The notes below the pieces were generated by a model. The model did not search any database, was not told where the DNA came from, and worked only from the letters and a program-made list of their open reading frames with translations. A program made the translations under genes and the position numbers. Positions 17,832 to 27,915 of a stretch of 64,000 nt of DNA are shown one piece after another (the first letter of the stretch is position 1; each line of letters starts with the position of its first letter). Source of the DNA: a virus (lineage: Duplodnaviria; Caudoviricetes); the IMG/VR virus record IMGVR_UViG_2900261899_000001, positions 1-64,000 of that record. One strand, 5' to 3'.

Positions 17832-18140
17832 TCAGGCAGCCTTCGCCAAGCCGATGACGCCGCCGACGCGCGGCCGCTGCACGGTGACCTTCACCGGACT
17901 CGCAGGCTTGCCGGTGCGCGCCGCGAACACGGTCTCGGCCCGGATGATCCCGCGCTCGGCCGGATCTTCGCGCCTCATCACCTCGGCGGCGCGGGCGCGC
18001 ATCTCCTGCGCCAGGGCGATCTTCGCGACGATCGGCCTCTCCGGGTCCTTCCGGTCGGCCAGTTCGAGCGCGTCAACGCGATCGGCATAGGTGCGCAGTT
18101 CGCTTGCGTACTCGAAGCGGCGTTTCAGGGCGGCGGACAT
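17832..18140 (-). CDS. Hypothetical protein
   Basis: Helical composition. Ends in AA like many genes in this phage. Confidence 0.55.
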   Translation of the reverse strand: MSAALKRRFEYASELRTYADRVDALELADRKDPERPIVAKIALAQEMRARAAEVMRREDPAERGIIRAETVFAARTGKPASPVKVTVQRPRVGGVIGLAKAA

Positions 18141-18364
18141 CGGCAGGTTCCGTGGGCGGCGTCGCGCCCGATGCTGGCAAAGGTCGAATGATGCGTGTCG
18201 GCGCTACAGCAGGGCCGCAGGCGGTATGCCGTTCGGCATGCGCGCGCCTGCCCCGGGTGTTTCGGGCATCCTGATCGCCGACGGTACTGAGAGGCCTTTT
18301 TCCCCGCGCTCACGCGCGCCGCATCAACTGGGTGCCCGGAAGGGCGAAGCGGATCCGAAACGCC

Positions 18365-18398
18365 AGCGGCCCCGGACGGGGTTACCGCCGGGGCCGCT
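18365..18398. terminator. GC-rich hairpin (terminator/attenuator-like), related to the 2342 hairpin
   Basis: AGCGGCCCCGG...CCGGGGCCGCT stem. Shares TACCGCCGGGGCCGC with 2362-2376. Confidence 0.5.
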
Positions 18399-18461
18399 AG
18401 AACTTCGCAGGGTCAGATGTGGCACAAGTCATAGTTGGAGGGCAAGTCCCCACGCTCGACC

Positions 18462-18923
18462 TCAGGATCCCATCTTCCAGAGTTTCACCGCCATCTTGCC
18501 GCCCGAGCTGGCGGCGTGGATAACCATGGTGGCAAAGATACCAATAACACCTCGAACGTGGGTCCAGCGAGCTTTCTTTACATCGCCAGATCTAAGTGCT
18601 TCGCAGTGCTCGAAACGCATATCCTCTATGATTGGCTCAAAGACACGTTCGAACGATTTTTTAGTGTAAAGGAAGCTAAGCGCCGATTTAAGATCAGATC
18701 CAGGTGGCTTCTTAATCACCGAGTGAGCGGCCTTCACGTCCACGTGAATTTCCGCATGCGCGACTTCGTGATGTATTATGAGGTTCGCGTCATTCAGGCT
18801 TGGCCAGGCCGCCTTCATCTCCCTTAGAATGTCTTCTTTGTCGCCGTCTAATAGCGGTTTATCGGTGTCACGAAAGTTTTCATGAATAAGCTTGATCTCT
18901 CTATAAGTGTCACATGCTTCCAC
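18462..18923 (-). CDS. PadR-associated hypothetical protein (low-GC cassette)
   Basis: Directly downstream of the PadR gene. Low GC. IIEDMRFEH...G..KKARW segment. Confidence 0.6.
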   Translation of the reverse strand: MEACDTYREIKLIHENFRDTDKPLLDGDKEDILREMKAAWPSLNDANLIIHHEVAHAEIHVDVKAAHSVIKKPPGSDLKSALSFLYTKKSFERVFEPIIEDMRFEHCEALRSGDVKKARWTHVRGVIGIFATMVIHAASSGGKMAVKLWKMGS

Positions 18924-18932
18924 CGCCCCATC

Positions 18933-19289
18933 TCACACCCCCATCGGAAGCGCGGCATCGGCCCAAGCCGTCTGCGCGGTGCGGAAGGCCTGAAGAGCAC
19001 GCTGCCCAAGCCCTTTGATGCGGTATCTACGACGAGCCAAGCCCGACCCATCCGACGCTTCTTTCTCCGATGAGATGAAGCCTTGTGTCTCAAGCCGATC
19101 GAGCACGACGTAGATCGTACCACGCTTCAACTTGCCGCCTGACGCATTCACCATTTCTAGTCCGTACATTTCGCCTCCGCTTACAAGCATTTCGAGCACC
19201 TCGGCCTCTTTTGGGCTGGGAAGCCCATTCGCTAGATTCATCGCATCTCTCGCTGCTATCGCCACGGTCTTACAACGTGTAAGACTCAT
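18933..19289 (-). CDS. PadR-family transcriptional regulator
   Basis: EMYGLEM...LKRGTIYVVLDRLETQGFISS...RRRYRIKGLG. Confidence 0.85.
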   Translation of the reverse strand: MSLTRCKTVAIAARDAMNLANGLPSPKEAEVLEMLVSGGEMYGLEMVNASGGKLKRGTIYVVLDRLETQGFISSEKEASDGSGLARRRYRIKGLGQRALQAFRTAQTAWADAALPMGV

Positions 19290-19336
19290 GCCGGTTCCTG
19301 CGTCGTCACGGCGCTATTTGGTAGCGTTCTGGCATC

Positions 19337-22300
19337 TCAAGCCGCCGCGTTCGCCCGCGCCAAATCGGCATCGATCGCCTCGAGCGCCGCCCGCTTCCGA
19401 TCGAGTTCCCCCTGCAGGTCAAACGCCTTGCCGATGCTGGGCTCCGTCCCCCGGACGAGGTTTTCGTAATAGGCCAGATTCTCGCGCCGGGATTGGAGGC
19501 GGCCTGGGAGAGCATCAAGCGCCTCTTCGACCTGACCGATGGCCACGACACCGGGCGTGTTCGCGCGGGTGGTCAGGGAGAGCCAGAGCCCGGTCGTCTG
19601 GATGCGGCAGTCCGCGACGATCGACCCGTCGGAAGTCGCTCGGCTGGTGTAGACGATGTCGAAGCCGCGGAACGTCGCGATGGGCCGATCGACGATGCCC
19701 TGCCCGCGGACGTAGCGAGCCATCACCTCCTGGTTGATCGTCCGCATCGCAGTCGTCAGCGCCTTGCCGGCAAACTTGCGGTCGGTGAACTCGGCGTCCC
19801 CTACGGTGATCACAAACGGCGTGTCCTCGGGCGGCAGCCGCGCCACGTCTGCTTCGAGCAGCGGGATCACGCGCAGGTCCTCCTCGATCGCGTGCCGCGC
19901 GGAGGCGAGGCGCGACCGGAACCGGTGCTGCTCGTCGGAATGCGCCGAGCGCAGCCGTTCGAGGCGGGTGATGTCCGCCTCCAGGCCAGCCTTCTGCATC
20001 AGCCGGGGATCGCCGGACGCGATCGCCTTCGCCAGGGCGAACTGGTCGGCGCTCGATTCCCCGACGTCCTCGATGCGGCGCACCGATCGATCGCCGGACA
20101 GCGCCGCCGCGATGAAGCGGGCCTTGCGCTCGTTGGTCTGCCACATCTGGGCGTCCATCGAGCCCTCGGTCGCATAGGCGTAGAGCTCGATCTCCGCGTT
20201 CTGATTGCCCTGCCGGTCGATGCGGCCTTCGCGCTGCTCGATGTCGGAGGGCAGCCACGGCACGTCGAGATGGTGGAGTGCCTTCAGCCGATTCTGGGCG
20301 TTGACGCCGGTCCCCATCTTCTTCGTCGAGCCCAGCACGATGCGCACCTTGCCGGCGCGCATGTCGGCGAACAGTCGGGCCTTGGCCTTGGCGCCCTTGA
20401 AGTCGTGCACGAAGGCGATCTCGGCCGCCGGGACGCCCAAAGCGATGAGGCGGTGGCGCGCCCAGAGGTATGCCGAGAACCCGCGTTTCTCGAACGCCGC
20501 CGGCGTGCCAAGATCTGAGAAGATCATCTGCGTCGCGCCGGGCCGCTCGAACGGCTTCCCGAACGGGTCGAGGTAGGTCTCGGCCGCCGTCTCCTTCCAG
20601 ATCCGGTGGACCTCGCGCACCATGCGGTTCAGCTTGTTGTCGGGCTCGTCGTCGTGCCCTGGCACCACGAAGCGCATGTCGATGGCTGCGTGCCGCCCGT
20701 CGGTGATGACGGACAGCAGGATGTCGTCGCCCTTCTGCGGAGGCCCACCGCGCGCCTCGATCGCCTCGATGCGATCGGCCAGCACCTCCTGGTAGTCGCG
20801 GAAGCCGTCGCTCGGCGGCACTGCGATGATTTCGCGCCGCCCGCCGCGGATGGGCGGCCGTCTTACCAGCTTCTTGAGGTCGTCAGCCGACACGACGTCC
20901 GCAACCGAGCGGAACATCGCGATGAGCTCCGGCACGTTCACGAACTCGGCGAAGCGGGTCACCGGCTTGTAGCGGCCGGACGCCTGCAGCTCGAGTTCGG
21001 TCCGGGTCTCGCCGAACGACGAAGCCCAGGCGTCGAACTCATGCAGGTTGCGGGCGCGCAGCCGGACCGGATCCATGAAGCGCTGGATCGTGAACATCTC
21101 GCCCAGCGTGTTCGTGATGGGCGTACCCGACGACATGATCACCGCCCGATCGACGGCCTCGGCTGCGACGCCGGCCCGTTCCGCGCGCAACGCCCGCACG
21201 AAGCGGATCTTCGCGTAGAGGTCCCAGGACAGTTGCGAGCCGTTCGGATCGATGCCCTTCAGCGTCGACATCGAACTGGTGAAGCTGAGCTTGCGGTACT
21301 CGTGGGCCTCGTCCGGGATGATCTGGTCGATGCCGATCTCCGACAGCGTGAGGAAGTCGTCCTTCCGGTCAGACAGCAAGTTGAGCTTCTTCTCGAATCC
21401 CTCCTTCATCGCCTCGACCCGCTTGCGGGTCAGCCGCTCGTGCTCAGGGATGTCGAGGAGCACGGCCTCGTACTCATCGATCATCTCGCGGATCATGCGC
21501 CGCTCGAAGTCGATTGGGATGGGGATCAGCTTGAACGCTGCGTGCGTGATGACGATCGCGTCCCAGGCGCCGGTGGCGGCGCGCGCCAGGAAGCGGCGGC
21601 GCCTGTCGCGGGCGAAGTTCTGCTCGTCGGCGACCAGGATCCGCGCCAGCGGATAGAGCGTCAGGAACTCGCGGGCGAACTGCACGAGGCAGTGCCCCGG
21701 CACCGCGATGATCGGCTTATGGACAAGGCCCAGGCGCCGTTGTTCGAGCACCGCGGCGGCGAGGGCCGCACTCTTGCCCGCACCGACGGCGTGGGCGAGG
21801 TACGTCGAGCCCGCCGCCAGCACTCGCCAGATCGCGTTCTTCTGATGCGGCCGAAGCTGGAATTCCGACGACGCCCCGGGCAGGCGGAGGTGGCCTCCGT
21901 CAAAGCGTCGGGTCACGAGATCGTTGAAGTTGTCATTGTAGATGCGCGCGAGCCGGTCGCACTGCGCCGGGTCCTGCCAGACCCATTCCTGAAAAAGCCC
22001 CTTCAGGATCGCGAGCTTCTCCTTGGCGGCCTCGGTCTCGATGGCGTTGAGGACGCGGCTCATGGTGCCGCGGTCGTTCGGCTCCTCGTCGTAGATCGCC
22101 GGGATGTGAGCGTTCAGCGCATCAAGCAGCACCTTGCCGCAGTCGTAGCGGTGCGTACCCCAACGGGCGTTGGCTTGGGCGTCGCCGGAGAAGGCGCGCG
22201 CATTGATCGACCACGACGCCACCTCGGGCGCGTGGCCGACCTCGGCCGAGTGGACGCGCATGACCTCGCGCGCGAAGCGGGTAACGACGTCGACCGGGAT

Positions 22301-24346
22301 CCAGGGCGCGCCGAGCCGCGCGGTGATGTCGGAAGGCGGAATGTCGCTCGGCTGAACGGCTTCGAGCGCGGCGACGTTGCGGGCATAGGCCGGATCGATG
22401 GCTGCAGCCTGTCGCGCGGCCGCCAACTTCACGCGGACCGTGCCGGACAGGTATTCGTCGGCGGTGACCCACGATTCCGAGTCCGGGTCGAGGTAGATCA
22501 GGTCGCCGAGTTCGTCGACGACGCCGGCCTCGGCGGTCCCGCGCAGCTGCGCGATCCGCGGGACATCGACGAAGCCGAGTTCGTGCAGGCAGCGGGCGAG
22601 CGCATCGGACGCGGACTGGATCGCCGGCTCGGGCTGGTGCGCGATGACGGTGCCGGTGAAGATTAGCGCCTTCGTCGCGTTGCCGCTTTCCAGATCGTAG
22701 TGCTCGATCGAGGCGACCAGCCAGCAGTCGGGATCGTCGCGGAAGGGTTCGAGGTTCGGCTGCCGGTGCGTCTCGTGCCGAGTGCCGTCGTCCGCGATGC
22801 GCTCCTGGATCGTCGTGAAGTTGATCGCGCCGTGCCGCGCCACGAACACGTCGTAGAGGTCGCCGAGCCGCGCCTGCGCTGCCGCCGAGTCCTTGCGGCC
22901 CTCCTGCAGCGCCAGGACGGCGCGGACCGCATCGCGGATCGGGATCAGGGCGCGGATCAGCCCGGCATGCTTGCCGACGAGACCCGTAACACCCGGCGCA
23001 CGCAGCGGTACCGCTTGGCCAGCACCGTCGATGACCTGCATCAGCACGCCGTCGGCCGAGACGAAGTAGGAGCCCTCGCGCAGCCGGTCGTTGTCGTTCA
23101 CGGCCGGTGCCGGCCGAACGGCATCGACCCTGGCGAGGCCTACCCCGGAATCGCAGGTCGCGACGTCCTTGGGCAGATTCGCGATGGCGGCGGAGAGGCG
23201 TGCGTCGAGTTCGCCCGGATAGGCCCGGCAGGTATAGACTGGGTCAGGACCGTAGGGACCGCGGGCGGCCGAGTGCTGGCCCAACACCATGCTGGGGTGC
23301 GCGAGGAAGTAGCGGTTGATCGCGATCTTCGGGTGACCCGCGATGACGCCGGCTCGGGTCTCGGTCCAGATCGGCGCAACAGGGCTCTCGTCCGCCATGC
23401 GCTTGCGGAAGAAGAGGACGTCGACGCCGACCTCCGTCCCGGCGCTCTCCCGGAACGCGCCGGCCGGCAACCGGATCGCGCCCATGAGATCGGCGACCGA
23501 GGCCAAGCGTCGACGCACCGAGGCATCGGCCTTGTCCATCGTGCCCTGCGAGGTGACGAACGCGGCAAGGCCGCCGGGCAGGACGTGGTCGAGCGCCTTC
23601 ACGATGAAGAAGTCGTGCAGGCGGTAGCCGGCTGAGCGGTAGCGGGGGTCGCCGTTGACGACGCGCGACGAGAACGGGGGATTGCCGACGGCCAGCGCGT
23701 AACCGGATTCGAGCCGGGTCAGCGCGAAATCTTCGGTGCGGATATCGGCCTCCGGCAGCAGCTGCCGCGCGATGCGGGCAGTGACCGGGTCGGCCTCGAT
23801 GCCGGTGATCCGGCAAAGCGACCGCAGGGGCTCGGGCTGCAGCGACAGAAACAGCCCGATCCCGCATCCAGGCTCAAGGATATGGCCGCCGCGGAAACCA
23901 AGGCGGGTGAGACCATCCCAAATCGCGCGGATGATCAATTCCGGGGTATAGTGCGCGTATTGCGTGCTTCGAGCGAGCGCAGCGTGTTCGGATTTGCTGA
24001 CTAGACCCTCCATCCGGCGTCCAAGATCGGACCAGCCCTGCCGGTAATCTGTGTTATTTGGTGAGGGGAAGCAGCTATTTGCAAGTTCACTGGCACCAAA
24101 GCCGGTGAAGATCGATAGCTTTTCCTGTTCATCGCGTGTCGCAGGCCGAGCATCGCCCGCGACAGAGAGTGAAAGTTCAATTGCCGCGAGGTTTGCTTCG
24201 GCTCTGGCGCGCCAGCCCTTCGGCAAAGGGCGGTCGCCGTCGAGGTAGAAGTTTCCGGCCGGCGCCGATACCGCGGGGGCCGCCTCGTGCGCGGCATCAG
24301 GCCGGCTCGGTGGTAGCGCATCGCCGGGCCCGAACAGCCCGAACAT
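19337..24346 (-). CDS. DarB-like N6-adenine methyltransferase / SNF2 helicase fusion
   Basis: AHYTP, LEPGCGIG and GNPPF MTase motifs. HAVGAGKS, DEAH, SGTPITN, MGTGVN and IEQREGRIDRQGN helicase motifs. Confidence 0.9.
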   Translation of the reverse strand: MFGLFGPGDALPPSRPDAAHEAAPAVSAPAGNFYLDGDRPLPKGWRARAEANLAAIELSLSVAGDARPATRDEQEKLSIFTGFGASELANSCFPSPNNTDYRQGWSDLGRRMEGLVSKSEHAALARSTQYAHYTPELIIRAIWDGLTRLGFRGGHILEPGCGIGLFLSLQPEPLRSLCRITGIEADPVTARIARQLLPEADIRTEDFALTRLESGYALAVGNPPFSSRVVNGDPRYRSAGYRLHDFFIVKALDHVLPGGLAAFVTSQGTMDKADASVRRRLASVADLMGAIRLPAGAFRESAGTEVGVDVLFFRKRMADESPVAPIWTETRAGVIAGHPKIAINRYFLAHPSMVLGQHSAARGPYGPDPVYTCRAYPGELDARLSAAIANLPKDVATCDSGVGLARVDAVRPAPAVNDNDRLREGSYFVSADGVLMQVIDGAGQAVPLRAPGVTGLVGKHAGLIRALIPIRDAVRAVLALQEGRKDSAAAQARLGDLYDVFVARHGAINFTTIQERIADDGTRHETHRQPNLEPFRDDPDCWLVASIEHYDLESGNATKALIFTGTVIAHQPEPAIQSASDALARCLHELGFVDVPRIAQLRGTAEAGVVDELGDLIYLDPDSESWVTADEYLSGTVRVKLAAARQAAAIDPAYARNVAALEAVQPSDIPPSDITARLGAPWIPVDVVTRFAREVMRVHSAEVGHAPEVASWSINARAFSGDAQANARWGTHRYDCGKVLLDALNAHIPAIYDEEPNDRGTMSRVLNAIETEAAKEKLAILKGLFQEWVWQDPAQCDRLARIYNDNFNDLVTRRFDGGHLRLPGASSEFQLRPHQKNAIWRVLAAGSTYLAHAVGAGKSAALAAAVLEQRRLGLVHKPIIAVPGHCLVQFAREFLTLYPLARILVADEQNFARDRRRRFLARAATGAWDAIVITHAAFKLIPIPIDFERRMIREMIDEYEAVLLDIPEHERLTRKRVEAMKEGFEKKLNLLSDRKDDFLTLSEIGIDQIIPDEAHEYRKLSFTSSMSTLKGIDPNGSQLSWDLYAKIRFVRALRAERAGVAAEAVDRAVIMSSGTPITNTLGEMFTIQRFMDPVRLRARNLHEFDAWASSFGETRTELELQASGRYKPVTRFAEFVNVPELIAMFRSVADVVSADDLKKLVRRPPIRGGRREIIAVPPSDGFRDYQEVLADRIEAIEARGGPPQKGDDILLSVITDGRHAAIDMRFVVPGHDDEPDNKLNRMVREVHRIWKETAAETYLDPFGKPFERPGATQMIFSDLGTPAAFEKRGFSAYLWARHRLIALGVPAAEIAFVHDFKGAKAKARLFADMRAGKVRIVLGSTKKMGTGVNAQNRLKALHHLDVPWLPSDIEQREGRIDRQGNQNAEIELYAYATEGSMDAQMWQTNERKARFIAAALSGDRSVRRIEDVGESSADQFALAKAIASGDPRLMQKAGLEADITRLERLRSAHSDEQHRFRSRLASARHAIEEDLRVIPLLEADVARLPPEDTPFVITVGDAEFTDRKFAGKALTTAMRTINQEVMARYVRGQGIVDRPIATFRGFDIVYTSRATSDGSIVADCRIQTTGLWLSLTTRANTPGVVAIGQVEEALDALPGRLQSRRENLAYYENLVRGTEPSIGKAFDLQGELDRKRAALEAIDADLARANAAA

Positions 24347-24653
24347 ATCGAATTGGAGGTGAGCCAGGGCGGATCGCGCCCGCGCAAAGCAGATCGAGCC
24401 GACACGTTCAAGCCATCCGAGAGGCCACGGGAAAGATGAGGCGAGCCGTCATGCACATACGTGCAAGATCAAGCGTGCGGATCCGTGGCGAAATTCGGAG
24501 AATAGCATCGACGCGGCTCCTGCAGAGTTGGGCGTTGCCCTCAACTCCACCACGCTAGTCAGCGTCAGACCTCGGAGCCACGAAAATCAATCAAATCGAT
24601 GATTTCAGCCTGACATATCCCTTGTCAGATGCGGTCGAGCCCGGAATCGCGGC

Positions 24654-25166
24654 TCAGGCCGCTTTCAGCCACGCCGCCTGATAGGCTGGCGGCAGGTAAG
24701 TCAGCGTCCGCCGCTCGGCCTCGGTGAGCGGGATCGGCACGCCGCCGTTGTTCCAGCCGAAGTGGGTCGTAAACGGCAGGCGGCTCAGGCCGGGGAACAC
24801 GGCGCGGTCCGCCCACCCTTTCATGCCGGCGCAATCGGCTTGGCGGCGCGACCAGGTGGTGACGCGGACCGTGCCATCGCGCTCGACGCCGACCAACACC
24901 GCGGTGCCGAGACCCAGCGGCTGGGTAAGGTCCAGCCGCTCGCACAGCATGTCGGTGAAGCCCTCGGCCCAGAGCGCCAGCGCGATCCGTTGGTGCTCGG
25001 TCTCGGCGACGCAGGCCGGGCGCCCGACATACGCTCGGGAGCCGATGAACACCGCGAGCCCCCTGCCCTGCCGTTCGCTCAGGATGCTGCGCAGCGCGTC
25101 CGGCGCGAGCTGCGCATCCATCGCGCGTCGGGCGTCGGCGATGGTGAATTCGGTCACGATGTCCAT
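24654..25166 (-). CDS. Hypothetical protein
   Basis: Operon position. Confidence 0.65.
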   Translation of the reverse strand: MDIVTEFTIADARRAMDAQLAPDALRSILSERQGRGLAVFIGSRAYVGRPACVAETEHQRIALALWAEGFTDMLCERLDLTQPLGLGTAVLVGVERDGTVRVTTWSRRQADCAGMKGWADRAVFPGLSRLPFTTHFGWNNGGVPIPLTEAERRTLTYLPPAYQAAWLKAA

Positions 25167-25167
25167 C

Positions 25168-25617
25168 TCAAGTCACCCGCCGCCCGGCGAAAGCATTCAT
25201 CATCGTCCGGTTCATGTTGCCGTCCGCCTTGAAGGACAATTGGTCCCGCACGGCCCGCCACGTTTCGGGATGCATCACCAGGGCGCCGTCGATCGCGTAG
25301 CCGCCTGGCTTTGGCCGCTGGACGTACCGGATGCGCTGGCGGTGTCCCTGTCGCCGGCGGCGAGCCGCGCGGGATGGTGACCTGACCTCCGACCAGTCTT
25401 CGACCGTCTCCGTCAGTGAGGCGTCTTCGATGATGCGCATCGATGCGGACGGCCCGATGCTCTTGCGGTGGATGCTTTCAAGCCCGACGACGAGTTGCGG
25501 ACGAGCCGGAAAGCCGTGGAGCGCTTTCAGCGAGCGGAGCATCTCCGTCACGGTCGGCTGCACGTCAGGAGCCACCACTACGTCCGTCATGCCGCCAAGC
25601 GAGAATCGAGAAGTCAT
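25168..25617 (-). CDS. Hypothetical protein
   Basis: ATGA coupling to the phosphoesterase gene. Confidence 0.6.
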   Translation of the reverse strand: MTSRFSLGGMTDVVVAPDVQPTVTEMLRSLKALHGFPARPQLVVGLESIHRKSIGPSASMRIIEDASLTETVEDWSEVRSPSRAARRRRQGHRQRIRYVQRPKPGGYAIDGALVMHPETWRAVRDQLSFKADGNMNRTMMNAFAGRRVT

Positions 25618-26315
25618 GTTGCTCGCCCGGTCAGCGCGTCGATCAGCTCACCACGGATCTCGATCACCTCAACCGGTCCGCCGGGCACATCATCGTCGAA
25701 CACGCCGATGCACAAGCGACCGGTGTGCCAGGCCAGCGTATCGAGGTTGGTCCTGCCGGGCCGGCGGTCAGGGCCATCGGGCAGCGGCGTATGCCCGTGG
25801 ACGACGTGCTTGCCCTCGAAGCCGTCGTCGAAGGCGCCGTGGTCTCGCATCCAGAGCATCGTCTTCTTCGACTGCGCGGTGAACGGCAGCGTCGGATCGA
25901 TTCCGGCGTGGACGTAGATCCGGTGCTCGTCCGCGAAGAGCAGACCGAGGCGGTCGAGCCACGCGACGTGCTCAGACGGCACCACGGACAGGTCGACCGC
26001 TTCGCAGCGACGCGGATGCCCATAGGAGACCAGTGTCGAGCCGCCGCCGTTCTGCACCCAGAGTTCGATCGGCGCGCGGCCGCGGCAGACCTCGACCATC
26101 ATGTCTTCGTGGTTGCCCTTGAGGATGAGCCAGCGCTGTCCCTCCGGCGCGCCCGCCATCAACCGTTCGATGATCTGCCGGGAGGTCGGGCCGCGATCGA
26201 CATAGTCGCCAGTGAACACGACGGTACCGCCGCCACGCGCCGTGACCGCGGCGAGGGCGAGGTCGAGCAGGTCAGCACGGCCGTGGAGGTCGGGAACGGC
26301 GAACGTAAATGCCAT
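25614..26315 (-). CDS. Calcineurin-like metallophosphoesterase (lambda NinI / Ser-Thr phosphatase type)
   Basis: PDLHG, GDYVDRG, KGNHE, VHAG, VHGHT and NLDT motifs. Confidence 0.9.
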   Translation of the reverse strand: MAFTFAVPDLHGRADLLDLALAAVTARGGGTVVFTGDYVDRGPTSRQIIERLMAGAPEGQRWLILKGNHEDMMVEVCRGRAPIELWVQNGGGSTLVSYGHPRRCEAVDLSVVPSEHVAWLDRLGLLFADEHRIYVHAGIDPTLPFTAQSKKTMLWMRDHGAFDDGFEGKHVVHGHTPLPDGPDRRPGRTNLDTLAWHTGRLCIGVFDDDVPGGPVEVIEIRGELIDALTGRAT

Positions 26316-26317
26316 GA

Positions 26318-26926
26318 TCAGGCCCGGCTCAGCTGCGCGGCGCGCTCCGGCATCGGAAGAGACCCGGCGTAGTGGCGGATGATAGCGCGGGTGAGCAGGG
26401 CGCCTCCGCCGAGCGCGAAGACGACGATCGCCAGCACCGTGATCACCACCAGGATCCCGGCGCCGTCCTCATCGTCGTCGGTCACGGACGAGAAAAACGT
26501 GAACACGCTGCCGAACGCGTCGCCGATGCCCGATGATGCTTGGTAGAGGTTATGGGCCATCGCTACCGTGTTGTAGGCGGCCGACGCCATGTCGAGCAGG
26601 TTCCGCTCCCGGTAGGCGACGATCCAGGAATGGATCGTGATCAGGAACCCGGTCCCGAGTGTGGGGAAGATGATCGCGAGGTACCAGAGCGAGAGCGTCG
26701 CCTTCATCGCCTTGTCCGGCAGGATCCCCATGCCGTGCGCTGCATAGGCGCCGGCGAAGATCAGGATCGACGAGAAGCCGATCGCCGACTGGATCGCCGC
26801 CGACCAGATCACCAGGAACAGGAACGGCCCGGACTGCTCGCGCTCCGCCCACATCTGCCCGCAGGCGCGGGCGTTGAAGAAGGAGACGACGAGGTTCAGG
26901 GCGAGGATCAGCAGCAGGCCGAGCAT
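26318..26926 (-). CDS. Multi-pass membrane protein
   Basis: Four to five hydrophobic helices. Confidence 0.75.
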   Translation of the reverse strand: MLGLLLILALNLVVSFFNARACGQMWAEREQSGPFLFLVIWSAAIQSAIGFSSILIFAGAYAAHGMGILPDKAMKATLSLWYLAIIFPTLGTGFLITIHSWIVAYRERNLLDMASAAYNTVAMAHNLYQASSGIGDAFGSVFTFFSSVTDDDEDGAGILVVITVLAIVVFALGGGALLTRAIIRHYAGSLPMPERAAQLSRA

Positions 26927-26936
26927 GTGTGCGCCC

Positions 26937-27830
26937 TCACGCGGCCAGCGGGTAATCGGCGGGATCGATCCGGCGCAGCGGGTAGCTGACCCGGGGCTTC
27001 GGTCCGATCGCCTTGACCGCCGGCTTGCCGAGGTCCGGGCTCCGGGCGACGAGGCTGAGCAGCACCCGGCGAGCCGGTGGGGCGGCGATCCAGGGCGTCG
27101 GCGGTGCGATGGGCGGCTTCACCTTGAGGTAGGACAGCTTGCCGTCGAGGATTTCGGCGAGGCGGACCAGGGCCGCGTGCTCGAAGGCGTAGCCCGCGCG
27201 GTCCTCGGCGATATCGTCCGCGCCGCGAATCCAGTGCAGCTTGCAGAAGGTGCCGGGGCGGTACTGCCCGGCGCGGACCGGCGTCGTCGTCGAATCCTGT
27301 GTCACGTACCAGGGCTCGCCGCCGGGGCCGGCGCCGCACTCGACCTGCTGCTTCAGCCAGAGGGTTACCTGACCCTGCCGGCCCTTGGCGGGTTCGCAGA
27401 TCGCGCCTTCGTCCTCGAACGACCACTTGCCCTGCTTGGCGTGGTGAACGAGCCACCCGATGAGATCGCCGCGGCTGCGGACCGCGGCGGTGACCCGTTC
27501 GACATTGCAGTGCGGCCCGAGGCCGTAGCTGATGTCGTAGCCCGAGATGTCGAGATCCTCGGCGCGGATCTCGCGCAGCGCCTCTTCCATCACAAGGGCG
27601 TCGGGGTGGGCATCGCCCATGGCAGCCGGCATGCCGGGTTCGCGATTCCAGTTGTCGACGCGGACACCCAGGAGCGCGATCGATGAGATGGATGACGGCA
27701 GCGAGGACAGCGGCGCGTCGTAGCGGCGCTTCGGTAGCTCGTCGCGGATCATCCAGCGCAAGGCTTCCTCGATCGGAAGTGCGAGACGATCGGACAGAGT
27801 AGAGGACGACACACGGGCCGACGCGTTCAC
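26937..27830 (-). CDS. Hypothetical phage protein (possible late regulator)
   Basis: IEEALRWMIRDELPK N-terminus. GTG start at 27830 with TTGACA upstream on the minus strand. Confidence 0.55.
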   Translation of the reverse strand: MNASARVSSSTLSDRLALPIEEALRWMIRDELPKRRYDAPLSSLPSSISSIALLGVRVDNWNREPGMPAAMGDAHPDALVMEEALREIRAEDLDISGYDISYGLGPHCNVERVTAAVRSRGDLIGWLVHHAKQGKWSFEDEGAICEPAKGRQGQVTLWLKQQVECGAGPGGEPWYVTQDSTTTPVRAGQYRPGTFCKLHWIRGADDIAEDRAGYAFEHAALVRLAEILDGKLSYLKVKPPIAPPTPWIAAPPARRVLLSLVARSPDLGKPAVKAIGPKPRVSYPLRRIDPADYPLAA

Positions 27831-27915
27831 TTTAAGACCCCCATGAAGCTGCCGGCTTGTATTGCCGGATGTAGATGCTGGGTCGCCGGGGCATTTTATC
27901 CATGTCAAGCGGAAA

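Noticed and set aside
20606-22666. 686-aa plus-strand ORF (also 19493-20518 and 22700-23635)
   Set aside because: Antisense shadows of the DarB-like gene, expected in high-GC DNA. No motifs.
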